Source: an uncultured Gemmatimonadales bacterium (GTDB taxonomy: Bacteria; Gemmatimonadota; Gemmatimonadetes; Longimicrobiales; Gaopeijiaceae). Taken from it: a DNA stretch of 64,000 nucleotides. Where the stretch lies: the NCBI GenBank assembly GCA_963809895.1, contig CAWELD010000003.1, positions 2,048,001 through 2,112,000 of the forward strand. The letters are read 5' to 3'. Positions 10,736 through 22,219 of this stretch are shown here, piece after piece. The translations under genes were made by a program, and so were the position numbers. Within the stretch, counting starts at the first letter, position 1, and each line of letters opens with the position of its first letter. The notes below the pieces were generated by a model. That model had not been told where the DNA came from. It did no database searches and saw only the letters and a program-made list of their open reading frames with translations.

Positions 10736-12141
10736 CGGCACGAGCCGAGGGGGCCGTGCCAGCCGCCCGGACGCGGCCGCTGGTCTACAAGTTCGGCGGC
10801 ACCTCCGTGGCCGACGCCGACCGCATCCGGCATGTGGCCTCGCTGGTGGTCGCCGAGACGCGGCCGACGGTCGTGGTGGTGTCGGCGCTGGGCGGCATCA
10901 CCGACACGCTGTCGTCTCTGGTGGAGAGCCTCCGGAACGACGACGACATCGCCGGGCCCATGGACGCCCTGCGCGCTCGGCACCGCGCCGTGGTCCGTGC
11001 GCTGACCGACGGCGACGCCGACGCTACGCGCCGCCTGCAGGATCAGCTCGACCGCGCCCTGGCCACTCTCGAGGACCCGGCCACCGCGGCGCTGCCCGAC
11101 GGCGAGTTGGAGGATCGGGTGCGGGCGGTGGGCGAGGACCTGTCGGTCGAACTCGTGGCCGAGGCCATCCGGCGCGCCGGGCGCGACGCCCGGGTCGTGG
11201 ACGCGCGCACCGTGGTGCGCACCGACGCCTCCTTCGGTCACGCGATCCCGGACGAGGACGCCATCGCCGAGCTGGCGGAGGCGCACCTGGTGCCGGTGCT
11301 GGACGGCGGTGCGGTGCCGGTGGTCCAGGGCTTCGTGGGCGCCACCGGCGATGGCCGCACCACCACGCTGGGACGAGGCGGCTCGGATCTGACCGCCACG
11401 CTGCTGGGCGCGGCACTCGGCGCCGAGACCGTCCACATCTGGACCGACGTGGACGGCATCCTCACCGGCGATCCCCGGGCGGTGGACGCGCCGCACATCA
11501 TGGACGTGCTGGGCTTCGAGGAAGCGGTGGAGCTGGCGTATTTCGGAGCGAAGGTGCTGCACCCCGGCGCCGCCAAGCACGCGGTGTCCCGGGGCCTCGC
11601 GGTTCGCATCCGCAACACCTTCGAGCCCGCGCGGGGCGGCACGCTGATCCTGCGCGAGCGCTGGGGCCCGCCGGGCATCGCCGCCGTGGCCTTCAAGCCC
11701 GGCGTGGCGCTCATCCAGGTGCGTTCGCACCCGCGGGCCATGCCCTACGGCTTCCTGGCCCGGGTCTTCGAGATCCTGGCCCGGCACCGCCTGCCGGTGG
11801 ACCTGGTGGCCACCTCGCACACCTCCACGGCCTTCACGCTGGACGCCACCGAAGAGATCGGCGACGTGGCCCGGGAGTTGGAGCGCTTCGCCGAGGTGGA
11901 GGTCCACACGGGCCTGGCCACCGTGACCGTGGTGGGCCACGGGCTCCTGGAGCAGCCCGGGGTGAACGCCCTGGTCTTCTGGGCAGTGGAGCGGACGCCG
12001 GTCCACCTCATCTCGCAGGCCTCCGACGTGAGCCTCAGCTTCGTGGTGGATCAGGACCAGGCCGCCGCCCTCGTGCGGCGCCTGCATCTCACGCTCATCG
12101 AGCTGCGAGCCGAGGGCGACAACCCCGAGGAGGCTTCGTGA
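10732..12141 (+). CDS. lysC: Aspartate kinase
   Basis: KFGGTSV, VVSALGGITD, LGRGGSD and GAKVLHP motifs, plus C-terminal ACT domains. Confidence 0.95.
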   Translation: MTARAEGAVPAARTRPLVYKFGGTSVADADRIRHVASLVVAETRPTVVVVSALGGITDTLSSLVESLRNDDDIAGPMDALRARHRAVVRALTDGDADATRRLQDQLDRALATLEDPATAALPDGELEDRVRAVGEDLSVELVAEAIRRAGRDARVVDARTVVRTDASFGHAIPDEDAIAELAEAHLVPVLDGGAVPVVQGFVGATGDGRTTTLGRGGSDLTATLLGAALGAETVHIWTDVDGILTGDPRAVDAPHIMDVLGFEEAVELAYFGAKVLHPGAAKHAVSRGLAVRIRNTFEPARGGTLILRERWGPPGIAAVAFKPGVALIQVRSHPRAMPYGFLARVFEILARHRLPVDLVATSHTSTAFTLDATEEIGDVARELERFAEVEVHTGLATVTVVGHGLLEQPGVNALVFWAVERTPVHLISQASDVSLSFVVDQDQAAALVRRLHLTLIELRAEGDNPEEAS

Positions 12142-12869
12142 GGATCGCGTTGGTGGGATACGGCCGCATGGGCCGCGAGGTGGAGCGCGCCGCGCTGGCG
12201 GCGGGAGACGAGGTGGTGGCACGCCTGGACCAGGACGGCGCCCTGACGCCGGGTACCCTGGAAGGCGCCGAGGTGGCGGTGGAGTTCAGCGTACCCGCGG
12301 CGGCACCCGACAATCTGCTTCGCCTGGCGGAGCTGGGGGTGGACGCCGTGTGCGGCACCACCGGCTGGTACGACCGGCTCCCGGAGGTGCGCGAGGCGGT
12401 GGAGGCCCAGGGATCGGGCCTGGTCTATTCCCCCAACTTCTCCCTCGGCGTGGCCCTGTTCCGGCAACTGGTCACCGAGGCCGCCACCCGCCTGGACGCG
12501 CTGGAGGAATACGACATCTACCTCCACGAGACCCACCACCGCCACAAGCTGGACCATCCTTCGGGCACCGCCCGGGTTCTGGCGGAGACCGTGGTCGACG
12601 CCAACCGGCGCAAGGCGCGCTGGCAGGAAGGGCCGCCCGAGGGGCTTCCCGACCCGGAGACGCTGTGGGTTTCCGTGACCCGGGCCGGCGAGGTCCCGGG
12701 CACGCACGTGGTGGGCATCGAGGGCCCCGACGACCGCATCGAGCTCCGGCACGACGCCCGGGGCCGCGGCGGGTTCGCCCGGGGCGCCCTCGAGGCCGCG
12801 CGATGGATCCGCGGACGCTCCGGGGTGTTCACTCTGGAGGCGTTCCTGGCCGACCGCTTCGGCCTGTGA
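12138..12869 (+). CDS. dapB: 4-hydroxy-tetrahydrodipicolinate reductase
   Basis: GYGRMG, GTTGW, PNFSLGV and ETHHRHKLDHPSGTA motifs. Confidence 0.95.
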   Translation: MRIALVGYGRMGREVERAALAAGDEVVARLDQDGALTPGTLEGAEVAVEFSVPAAAPDNLLRLAELGVDAVCGTTGWYDRLPEVREAVEAQGSGLVYSPNFSLGVALFRQLVTEAATRLDALEEYDIYLHETHHRHKLDHPSGTARVLAETVVDANRRKARWQEGPPEGLPDPETLWVSVTRAGEVPGTHVVGIEGPDDRIELRHDARGRGGFARGALEAARWIRGRSGVFTLEAFLADRFGL

Positions 12870-12918
12870 GCGGACGCCGCCCGACGACCACATCCTGATT
12901 CTCAGCTCCAGGGATCCC

Positions 12919-13812
12919 ATGGACGGAACCGCTTTCCGGGGCGCCGGACCGGCGCTGGTCACTCCCATGAAGGCCGACGGCTCGGTGGACCTGGACGCCT
13001 TCGCTCTGCACGTGGAGTGGATGCTGGACGAGGGCGTGCACATGCTGGTGCCCTGCGGCACCACCGGCGAAAGCGCCACCATGACCCCCGACGAGCAGGC
13101 CGCGGTCATCCGGCGCTGCGTGGAGGTCGCCGGCGGACGGGTGCCGGTGCTGGCGGGCGCCGGGGGCAACGACACCGCAGTGGTGGCCGCGCTGGCCCGG
13201 GAAGCGGTGCGCGCAGGCGCCGACGGCGTCCTCACCGTGACACCCTACTACAACAAGCCCACCCCCGACGGGCTCGTGGCTCACTACCGGGCCGTTGCGG
13301 AGGCGTGCCACCGTCCGGTGGTGGTCTACAACGTCCCGGGCCGCACCGCGCTCAACGTCACCCCGGACGTGCTGCTGCGCATCGCGGCCGAGGTGCCCGG
13401 CGTGGTGGGTGTGAAGGAAGCCTCGGGCGACGTGAGTCAGGTCATGACGATCCTCGCCCGACGCCCCGAGGGCTTCACGGTGCTGTCCGGCGACGACGAG
13501 CTCACCCTGCCCCTCATGGCGCTGGGCGCCGACGGCATCATCTCGGTGGCGGCCAACGAGGCTCCCCGGGGGATGGCGCGGCTGTGCGAAGCGCTCGTTG
13601 AAGGCCGCATGGACGAGGCTCGGCACCTGCACGGGCAACTCCTCCCGCTCATGCGGGCGAACTTCATCGAGACCAACCCGATCCCGGTGAAGACGGCGCT
13701 GGAGATCATGGGCCGGGGCGAGGCGCACTTCCGGCTGCCGCTGGTGCCCATGAGCGCCGGCGGTCGCACGCGCCTCGAGCACGCGTTGCACGAGGCGGAG
13801 GTGCTGCCGTGA
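12919..13812 (+). CDS. dapA: 4-hydroxy-tetrahydrodipicolinate synthase
   Basis: GTTGES, PYYNKP, YNVPGRT, GVKEASG and ETNPIPVK motifs. Confidence 0.95.
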   Translation: MDGTAFRGAGPALVTPMKADGSVDLDAFALHVEWMLDEGVHMLVPCGTTGESATMTPDEQAAVIRRCVEVAGGRVPVLAGAGGNDTAVVAALAREAVRAGADGVLTVTPYYNKPTPDGLVAHYRAVAEACHRPVVVYNVPGRTALNVTPDVLLRIAAEVPGVVGVKEASGDVSQVMTILARRPEGFTVLSGDDELTLPLMALGADGIISVAANEAPRGMARLCEALVEGRMDEARHLHGQLLPLMRANFIETNPIPVKTALEIMGRGEAHFRLPLVPMSAGGRTRLEHALHEAEVLP

Positions 13813-14684
13813 GTCCGGTGGAGGTGCGGAGCCTCCGGGACGAGATCGAGGCGCTGTCGGGCGAGAGCCCCGATCCGGAACGGGCCCGACGCGCGGTGGC
13901 GCTGCTCCTGGACGCCCTGGCGCGCGGTGAGATCCGGGCCGCCGAGAAGGTCGAGGGCCAATGGCATGCGGTGCCCTGGGTGAAGCAGGGCATCCTGCTG
14001 GCCTTTCGCGTGGGTGAGACGCGGGAGTTCAGCCCGTTCCAGCAAGCCGACAACGCGGCCTTCGAGGGCTCGACGTTCCGCTGGTCGGACCGGGACACGC
14101 TCCCCCTGAGGACCACCGACGGACCCGCCGAGGGCGTGCGCATCGTGCCCGGGGGCAGCTCGGTGCGGGCCGGGGCCCACCTGGGCCGGGGTGTGGTGCT
14201 CATGCCGCCGGCCTACGTGAACGTGGGCGCGTGGGTGGGCGAGGGTGCCATGGTGGACTCCCACGCCCTGGTGGGTTCGTGTGCCCAGGTGGGCGCCCGG
14301 GTGCACCTGTCGGCCGGCGCCCAGCTCGGCGGCGTGCTCGAGCCCGTGGGACTCCGGCCCGTCATCGTGGAAGACGACGCCATGATCGGCGGGAACTGTG
14401 GCGTGTTCGAGGGCACCCTGGTGGGCCGCCGGGCCGTGCTGGCCCCGGGCGTTCAGCTCACGGCCTCCACCACCGTCTTCGACCTGGCACGAGAGACCCA
14501 GTACCGGGCGGCGCCGGGCGCGCCCCTGACCATTCCCGAGGGGGCGGTGGTGGTGCCGGGAAGCCGTCCGGCCGGGGGGCCATGGGCACGAAGCCGGGGC
14601 TTGCAGCTCTATGCGCCGGTCATCGTCAAGTACCGGGACGAGCGCACCGACGCCGCCACCGCGCTGGAAGAGGCGCTGCGTTAG
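13809..14684 (+). CDS. dapD: Tetrahydrodipicolinate N-succinyltransferase
   Basis: WVKQGILLAF, YVNVGAWV, VGSCAQVG and GGVLEP; hexapeptide repeats; operon context. Confidence 0.92.
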   Translation: MSPVEVRSLRDEIEALSGESPDPERARRAVALLLDALARGEIRAAEKVEGQWHAVPWVKQGILLAFRVGETREFSPFQQADNAAFEGSTFRWSDRDTLPLRTTDGPAEGVRIVPGGSSVRAGAHLGRGVVLMPPAYVNVGAWVGEGAMVDSHALVGSCAQVGARVHLSAGAQLGGVLEPVGLRPVIVEDDAMIGGNCGVFEGTLVGRRAVLAPGVQLTASTTVFDLARETQYRAAPGAPLTIPEGAVVVPGSRPAGGPWARSRGLQLYAPVIVKYRDERTDAATALEEALR

Positions 14685-14785
14685 CGAGTCCAGCCGCGAC
14701 CAGCGGACGCGACGCCCGGTGCTTCGTCGCTCGCGTTCCCGCCGAAGCATGCCGGAGTCCCATCCGCCCCTTGACGGATTTGGGG

Positions 14786-14804
14786 GCGTTTCCGCGGAGA
14801 CGTC
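14786..14804. repeat. Near-palindromic repeat, copy 1 (upstream of the HNH gene)
   Basis: GCGTTTCCGCGGAGACGTC, 18/19 identical to 16106-16124. Confidence 0.75.
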
Positions 14805-15000
14805 CGGACCCCGGGACGCGAGTCTCCGGAGGCACGCCTGGACGGGCCTCTGGCGTGTCCGGTCCGCCTTCCGGGACTCATGCGGCCTCTGGCGGCGACC
14901 GCGACCGTCCTGGACCCCTTCGGGAGGCCCCGAAATCCCATGGTTATATTACAGAAGTCATTGTACTTCTTGTGGTTAGACTCTGTCATGGGGGCGTTTC

Positions 15001-16644
15001 ATGGGTTCCGGGATCTCCACCGCTGTTCGTCCGGCCTACGGTGATGTCGACACGGGTGCAGGGCACGCGGGGGATGTCAGCCCGCTCCCCGCGCCCAGGC
15101 GCGCGCATCTCCACCTCGTGGTTCGTGAGCGGGGCCCGGACGACGGCCCGGGCGTGGATGCCGATGTCGATGTCCATGGTGACGCCGACGCTCTCGAGGC
15201 GCTGGAAGACGAGATCGTCGTTCTGGCCAGTCACATCCATGCGGCCGAACACCGGCTTCTGCTCCTGGTCGCGGAGTTCGACAAGCGCGGCGGCTGGAAG
15301 CGGGCCGGTCACCGCAACTGCGCCGAGTGGCTCCACTTCCGCACCGGGATCGCCAGGGGTGCGGCCCGGGAGAAGGTGAGGGCGGCCCGAGCGCTCGAGA
15401 AGCTGCCCCTCACCTCCGACGCCATGTCCCGCGGTGAGCTGAGCTTCTCCAAGGTCCGGGCCATCACGCGACTGGTCGACGATCTGAGCGATCCCGAGAA
15501 GCCCGACGCCGAGGCCGAGCTCGTGGACGTCGCCAAGCAGGTCACCGCGGCGAGCCTCGAGAAGATCGTGCGAGGCTGGGGTGTCCTGAGCGGGCTCGAC
15601 GAGACCGAGCTCGAGCGCCGGCGCCATCGTTCGCGCTACCTGTCCGTCGCTCCCGACGGAGAGGGGATGTACGTGGTGCGCGGGAAGCTGGACCCGGAGG
15701 TGGGAGCGTTGCTCATGCGAGCCCTGGACGCCGCCGGCGACGCCCTGTTCCGCGACGGCGAGGATTGGGCTCCGGTCGGCGGCACGCGCGGCCCACGTGC
15801 CGAAGAGATCAGCCCCCGGCAGCGGCGGGCCGACGCCGCGGGGCTCCTGTGCGAACGGGCCATGGCAATGGGCTTCGGGCGCCGAGTGGAGGACGCAGAC
15901 GGCCCGGACGACGCGGACCCGGAGAGCATGGGCGGCGCCGTCCAGGACGCCGACACAACCCCGCGCGACGCGCCCATCTCCGGCACCAAGGCCGAGCGCT
16001 ACCAGGTCGTGCTGCACGTCGACATGGACACGCTGACCGGCGAAGACGAGCCCGACGACTCGCCGGATGCGAGCGGTGCCCGCTCCCACCTCGAGGACGG
16101 CACGCGCGTTTCCGCGGAAACGTCTCGCAGGCTCTGCTGCGACGCCGCGGTCGTGAAGGTCACCCGCGGCCCTGACGGCTCGGTCCTGGATGTGGGCCGG
16201 AAGACGCGGACCATTCCACCGGCCATCCGCCGTGCTCTGGAGGTCCGCGACGGCGGCTGCCGCTTTCCAGGGTGCGGCCTGAGGTTCGCCGACGGCCACC
16301 ACATCATCCCCTGGAGCCTGGGCGGCCCGACCTGCCTGTCCAACCTCGTCCTGCTCTGCCCCCATCACCACCGCTGCGTCCACGAGGGCGGCTTCACGGT
16401 GCGCATGCGTTCCGACCAGCCCGGTGCCCCTTCGTTCCAGTTCCATGACCGCAGCGGCTGGCCACTCCCCGACTGCGCGCCGCTCTCCAGGCTGGAGCCG
16501 GGTGCCGTCGCACGCCTCCTGGACGAGAACCGCCGGAACGGAGTCGACCCCGAATGGAACACGCCGTCGGCTACCTGGAAGCGGGACGCCGACATCCCCT
16601 GGAAGGTAGAGGCCCGGTTGCGCCAGGCGCTGGACCCGGTGTAG
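15001..16644 (+). CDS. DUF222-domain HNH endonuclease
   Basis: N-terminal CAEWLHFRTG...AREKVRAARALEKLP...GELSFSKVRAITR; C-terminal RDGGCRFPGC...HHIIPWSLGGPTCLSNLVLLCPHHHRCVHE. True start may be further downstream. Confidence 0.9.
   Translation: MGSGISTAVRPAYGDVDTGAGHAGDVSPLPAPRRAHLHLVVRERGPDDGPGVDADVDVHGDADALEALEDEIVVLASHIHAAEHRLLLLVAEFDKRGGWKRAGHRNCAEWLHFRTGIARGAAREKVRAARALEKLPLTSDAMSRGELSFSKVRAITRLVDDLSDPEKPDAEAELVDVAKQVTAASLEKIVRGWGVLSGLDETELERRRHRSRYLSVAPDGEGMYVVRGKLDPEVGALLMRALDAAGDALFRDGEDWAPVGGTRGPRAEEISPRQRRADAAGLLCERAMAMGFGRRVEDADGPDDADPESMGGAVQDADTTPRDAPISGTKAERYQVVLHVDMDTLTGEDEPDDSPDASGARSHLEDGTRVSAETSRRLCCDAAVVKVTRGPDGSVLDVGRKTRTIPPAIRRALEVRDGGCRFPGCGLRFADGHHIIPWSLGGPTCLSNLVLLCPHHHRCVHEGGFTVRMRSDQPGAPSFQFHDRSGWPLPDCAPLSRLEPGAVARLLDENRRNGVDPEWNTPSATWKRDADIPWKVEARLRQALDPV
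16106..16124. repeat. Palindromic repeat, copy 2 (inside the HNH gene, encodes VSAET)
   Basis: Perfect 16-bp palindrome CGTTTCCGCGGAAACG at 16107-16122. Confidence 0.75.
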
Positions 16645-16670
16645 CGGAGCCCGGCTGCGCCGGCGCTAGC

Positions 16671-17603
16671 TTAGCTACGCCGCTCTGCTCGCACCTCGCC
16701 GTCACCCAGCCGCCGGGCCAGAAGCGCGGCGCCCCGGGCCGCGTCCACCCGCGCGACCGTTCACCCCCAGTCCGTCTTCGCGGAGCGAAGCCACCACGGC
16801 CGCGCGCAGCGGGCCCCCGGGCTCCACGAGCCCGCCGGCCAACGCCACGGGCGCATCGGCCAACGCCGGCTTCCGGCGCGCCAGCGCATGGACGTGCGCC
16901 ACCAACGCTTCCACCGCGGCGCCCACCAGCCGGCCGGCGACCTCGTCGCCCCGTGCCGCCGCCGCGGCCACCAGCGGCGCCAGCCCGGCGATGTCCGCCT
17001 TCGCCGCCCCACCCGACCAGGTCACGAGATCGGTGGGCTCTGCCAGGCCCAGATGCCGCAGCACCGACGGCGTGATGGCGGTGGCGGGCCCCCGCCCGTC
17101 GGCAGCGTGCGCGATGCGGCGGAGCGCCTCCACGCCCAGCGCGTAGCCGCTTCCCTCGTCTCCGAAGCACGGCGCCCCATCCGCCGACCCGCGCCGTGTC
17201 GCCGACGGCCGTCCGCCCCAGCGCCATGGAGCCGGTTCCCGCCAGCAGCAGAATCCCCGGACCCTCGCCGAAGGCGTCCTCCAGCGCGGCCTCTGCGTCG
17301 GTGCCCACCCGCACCCGGCGGGCCACCGCGCGCCCCGCGCAACGCCTCTTCCACCGCTGAGCGCGCGTCCTCGCGGCCGGCGCCGGCGAGCCCGGCCCAC
17401 AGGGCGTCTGCCGGAACGCCCAGCCCGGCACCGGCCAGCGCCTCGTTCACCACCGCGCTCACGGCCCGAGCTGCGGCTTCAGGTCCGCGGGCGTCCGCCA
17501 GCGCACCCGGACCCTCTGCCGCGCCCAGCGCCGTACCCGCGCCGTCCACCACCAGCGCCCGCAGGCGCGTGGCGCCCCCGTCCACCCCCACGAAGATCGC
17601 CAT
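16671..17603 (-). CDS. BadF/BadG/BcrA/BcrD-family N-acetylhexosamine kinase, three apparent +1 frameshifts
   Basis: GVDGGAT, GLAGAG, AGTGS, RVGGWG, GDEGSGY and DAARGAALLA are spread across frames; breaks near 17335, 17165 and 16749. Confidence 0.82.
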
Positions 17604-17606
17604 CCG

Positions 17607-19064
17607 TCAACGCTCCGGGCCCGCCGGGGCGGGCCGCACCCGGCCGCGCCCCGCGAGATGCCCCACCACCACCGTGAGCACGCTGCCGATGAGCGCGTAC
17701 CAGGGCCACGCCACGGCCGCCCGCGCGAAGATCCACAGAAGCGTCACCGAGCCGATCCCCACCGCCATGCCCAGGCGCACCGAGCGGGCATCGGCCCGCA
17801 GCGACAGCACGCCCAGGGCGAACGCGCCCAGGAGTCCGCCGTAGACCAGCGAGGCGATGGCCAGCGCCACCTCCACCGCCGCCGAGCCCTGACTCAGGGG
17901 GATGAAGACGATGGCGCCGCCCACCAGCAGGAGCGCCCACAACAGGGTGAAGCGTCGGCCGGCGGCCAGCACGCGGGCCTCGTCGCCGCCGGCGCCGCTC
18001 AGAGGGGCCCAGAAGTCGAAGGCCGATGCCGACGCCAGCGAGTTGATGGACGACGACAGCGACGACATGGCGGCGGCCAGCACGCCCGCCACCAGCAGCC
18101 CCGTCACGCCCGCGGGGAGCTGCTCCACGATGAAGAGGGCGAAGATCTCGTCCGGACGCTCGAAGGTGCGCCCGCCGTAGAAGGCCCACAGTCCCAGTCC
18201 CAACAGCAGGAAGATCAGGAACTGGCCGATGACGGCGAAGCCCGATCCCACCAGCGCCCGCTGGGCCGAGCGCAGATCCCGGCAGGTGAGCAGGCGCTGC
18301 ACGATGAGCTGATCGGTGCCGTGCGACGCCATGGAGAGAAAGGCACCGCCCGCCAGTCCGGCCCACAGCGTGTAGGCGGTGCCGGGATCGAAGGAGAGGT
18401 CCAGCACCTGGAGCTTCCCGGCCTGGCCGGCACTCACCAGGATCCCGCCCCAGCCTCCGGGCACCAGCCCCTGGAGCGCCACCGCCGCCACCACCGCGCC
18501 CAGCAGGTAGAGCCCCATCTGCACCGCGTCCACCCACACCACGGCCCGGATTCCCCCGAAATACGTGTAGACCAGCGTGAGACCGCCGATGACGGCGATG
18601 GACGCCGGATAGGGCCAACCGGTGAGCAGGGCCAGCGGGATCGCGGTGGCGAACAGGCGCACCGAGTCGGCCAGGAGCCGCGTCACCATGAAGATCCCCG
18701 AGGTGAAGCGGCGCGTGCCCGGGCCGAAGCGTCCTTCCAGGAGCTGGTAGGCGGTGGACAGCTCGCCCCGGTAGTAGGCCGGCAGGAGCACCACCGCCAC
18801 CACCGTGCGCCCCAGCAGATAGCCCACGGTGAGCTGCAGGAAGGTGAGGGCGCCCAGGTAGGCCACCCCGGGAATCGACAGGAAGGTGAGCGTGCTGGTC
18901 TCGGTGGCCACCACCGACAGGAGCACCGCCCACCAGGGCAGGTCGCGGCTGCCCAGGAAGTAGTCGGTGGCGCCGCGCTGGCCGCGTCCCAGCCACGCGC
19001 CCCAGGCGGTGACCCCGGCCAGATAGGCCACCAGCACGACCAGATCGGCTCCCGTGATCGTCAT
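17607..19064 (-). CDS. Sodium:solute symporter (SSS family)
   Basis: DYFLGSRDLPWW, SVVATETS, GTDQLIVQRLL and AAAMSSLSSSINSLA; multi-pass hydrophobic. Start re-called at 19064. Confidence 0.92.
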   Translation of the reverse strand: MTITGADLVVLVAYLAGVTAWGAWLGRGQRGATDYFLGSRDLPWWAVLLSVVATETSTLTFLSIPGVAYLGALTFLQLTVGYLLGRTVVAVVLLPAYYRGELSTAYQLLEGRFGPGTRRFTSGIFMVTRLLADSVRLFATAIPLALLTGWPYPASIAVIGGLTLVYTYFGGIRAVVWVDAVQMGLYLLGAVVAAVALQGLVPGGWGGILVSAGQAGKLQVLDLSFDPGTAYTLWAGLAGGAFLSMASHGTDQLIVQRLLTCRDLRSAQRALVGSGFAVIGQFLIFLLLGLGLWAFYGGRTFERPDEIFALFIVEQLPAGVTGLLVAGVLAAAMSSLSSSINSLASASAFDFWAPLSGAGGDEARVLAAGRRFTLLWALLLVGGAIVFIPLSQGSAAVEVALAIASLVYGGLLGAFALGVLSLRADARSVRLGMAVGIGSVTLLWIFARAAVAWPWYALIGSVLTVVVGHLAGRGRVRPAPAGPER

Positions 19065-19122
19065 GCGCGCTCCTCGGCTCGGGCCCGGTGCGTGATGGGG
19101 TGGCGGCTCTGGCTGCGACTCC

Positions 19123-20904
<1,782 letters not shown>

Positions 20905-20938
20905 GCGGGGACGTCCTTTCTGTGGAAGGGTGCGGGAG

Positions 20939-22219
20939 TCACGGAGTGCGGCGAGGGACGGGCCGGTCCGTGATGGCCCGGGCCGCCCGGTCGTGCACCG
21001 CCCGCCTGAGGGGGATGTGCTTCTGGTTGGCCCGGGTGGGATCCACGCGGTTGGTGAGAAGCACCACGAAGAGGTCGAGCTCCGGATCCATCCAGATCGA
21101 GGTGCCGGTGAAGCCGGTGTGGCCGAAGGCCCGTGCGGTGAAGTAGTCGCCGGCCGACGAGCGGCCGCCCGGCGTGTCCCAGCCCAGCGCCCGGCTCGAC
21201 GCCTCGTCGTAGCGCCGGGTGAAGAGCGCCACGGTGGAATCGGCGACGATGCGCACCGGCTCCGGGCGCGCCACCGGACAGGGCACGCCGGCATCGTCGG
21301 AGGGATCGCACGCCGGGGCCTCGCCGCCGTGGAGCATCATGTCGGCGAAGACCGCCAGGTCGGTGGCCGTGCTGAAGAGGCCCGCGTGCCCGGCGACCCC
21401 GCCCATGGCGTCGGCGTTCTCGTCGTGCACCCGGCCGTGCACGTGTTCGTGGCGCCAGAGGGTGTCGACCTCGGTGGGTGCGATGCGGGGCAGGAGCGAG
21501 GCGTCGGGCAGGAACTCCGTGTCGCGCATCCCCAGGGGAGCGAACACCCGGTCCTCCAGGAAGGCGTCCAGCGTCTGGCCCGCGATGGCCTCCACCACCA
21601 GCCCGACGCTCATGACGCCGATGTCCGAATACGCCGTCTCGGTACCGGGATCGGTCTGGAGCGGCTCGTCGTAGATGGCGTCCCGGTACGCGTCCTTGCC
21701 CCGGATGTCGAAGAACCAGCGTCGGAACGGGATGAAGCCGGCCCGGTGCAGGAGGAGCTGCCGCACGGTGACCCGGGACTTGCGGGGATCCCCCCGATCC
21801 CAGCCCGGCAGGTACTTCACCACGCGGTCGTCCAGCGACAGCCGGCCCTCGTCCAGGAGGATCATGACCGCGGTGGTGGTGCCGATGACCTTGGTGAGCG
21901 AAGCCAGGTCGTAGAGCGTGGTGGGCGTGACCGGCGCGTCGCCGCCGTAGTCCAGACGGCCGTATCCCCGCAGGCGCACCAGCCGTCCGTGGCGACCCAC
22001 CGCCAGGGCGGCGCCGGGCGTGGCCGAGTCGGCGATGGCCGCCAGCAGCGTCGCATCCAGGGCGGCCAGCGTGTCGGCGCTCATGCCCACGGTGGCGGGA
22101 TCCACCGTGTCTCCACCCGGTCCCGGAGCACCGGCGGCGGCACCCCCGCACGCGGTGGACGTCAACGCCACCAGCAGCGCCACGGCCGCCGCCCGGCCGC
22201 GCGCCTCAGCGCCGGGCAT
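20939..22219 (-). CDS. Serine hydrolase of the beta-lactamase/AmpC-like fold, predicted lipoprotein (AmiE-like by context)
   Basis: LASLTK (SxxK), YSD, GRVHDENA, AGHAGLF and FGHTGFTG; lipobox-like STAC. Confidence 0.85.
   Translation of the reverse strand: MPGAEARGRAAAVALLVALTSTACGGAAAGAPGPGGDTVDPATVGMSADTLAALDATLLAAIADSATPGAALAVGRHGRLVRLRGYGRLDYGGDAPVTPTTLYDLASLTKVIGTTTAVMILLDEGRLSLDDRVVKYLPGWDRGDPRKSRVTVRQLLLHRAGFIPFRRWFFDIRGKDAYRDAIYDEPLQTDPGTETAYSDIGVMSVGLVVEAIAGQTLDAFLEDRVFAPLGMRDTEFLPDASLLPRIAPTEVDTLWRHEHVHGRVHDENADAMGGVAGHAGLFSTATDLAVFADMMLHGGEAPACDPSDDAGVPCPVARPEPVRIVADSTVALFTRRYDEASSRALGWDTPGGRSSAGDYFTARAFGHTGFTGTSIWMDPELDLFVVLLTNRVDPTRANQKHIPLRRAVHDRAARAITDRPVPRRTP

Noticed and set aside
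15001..16644. HNH protein as an IscB/Cas9-like or CRISPR-associated nuclease
   Set aside because: No RuvC motifs or PLMP N-terminus, and no regularly spaced repeat-spacer array was seen anywhere in the window.
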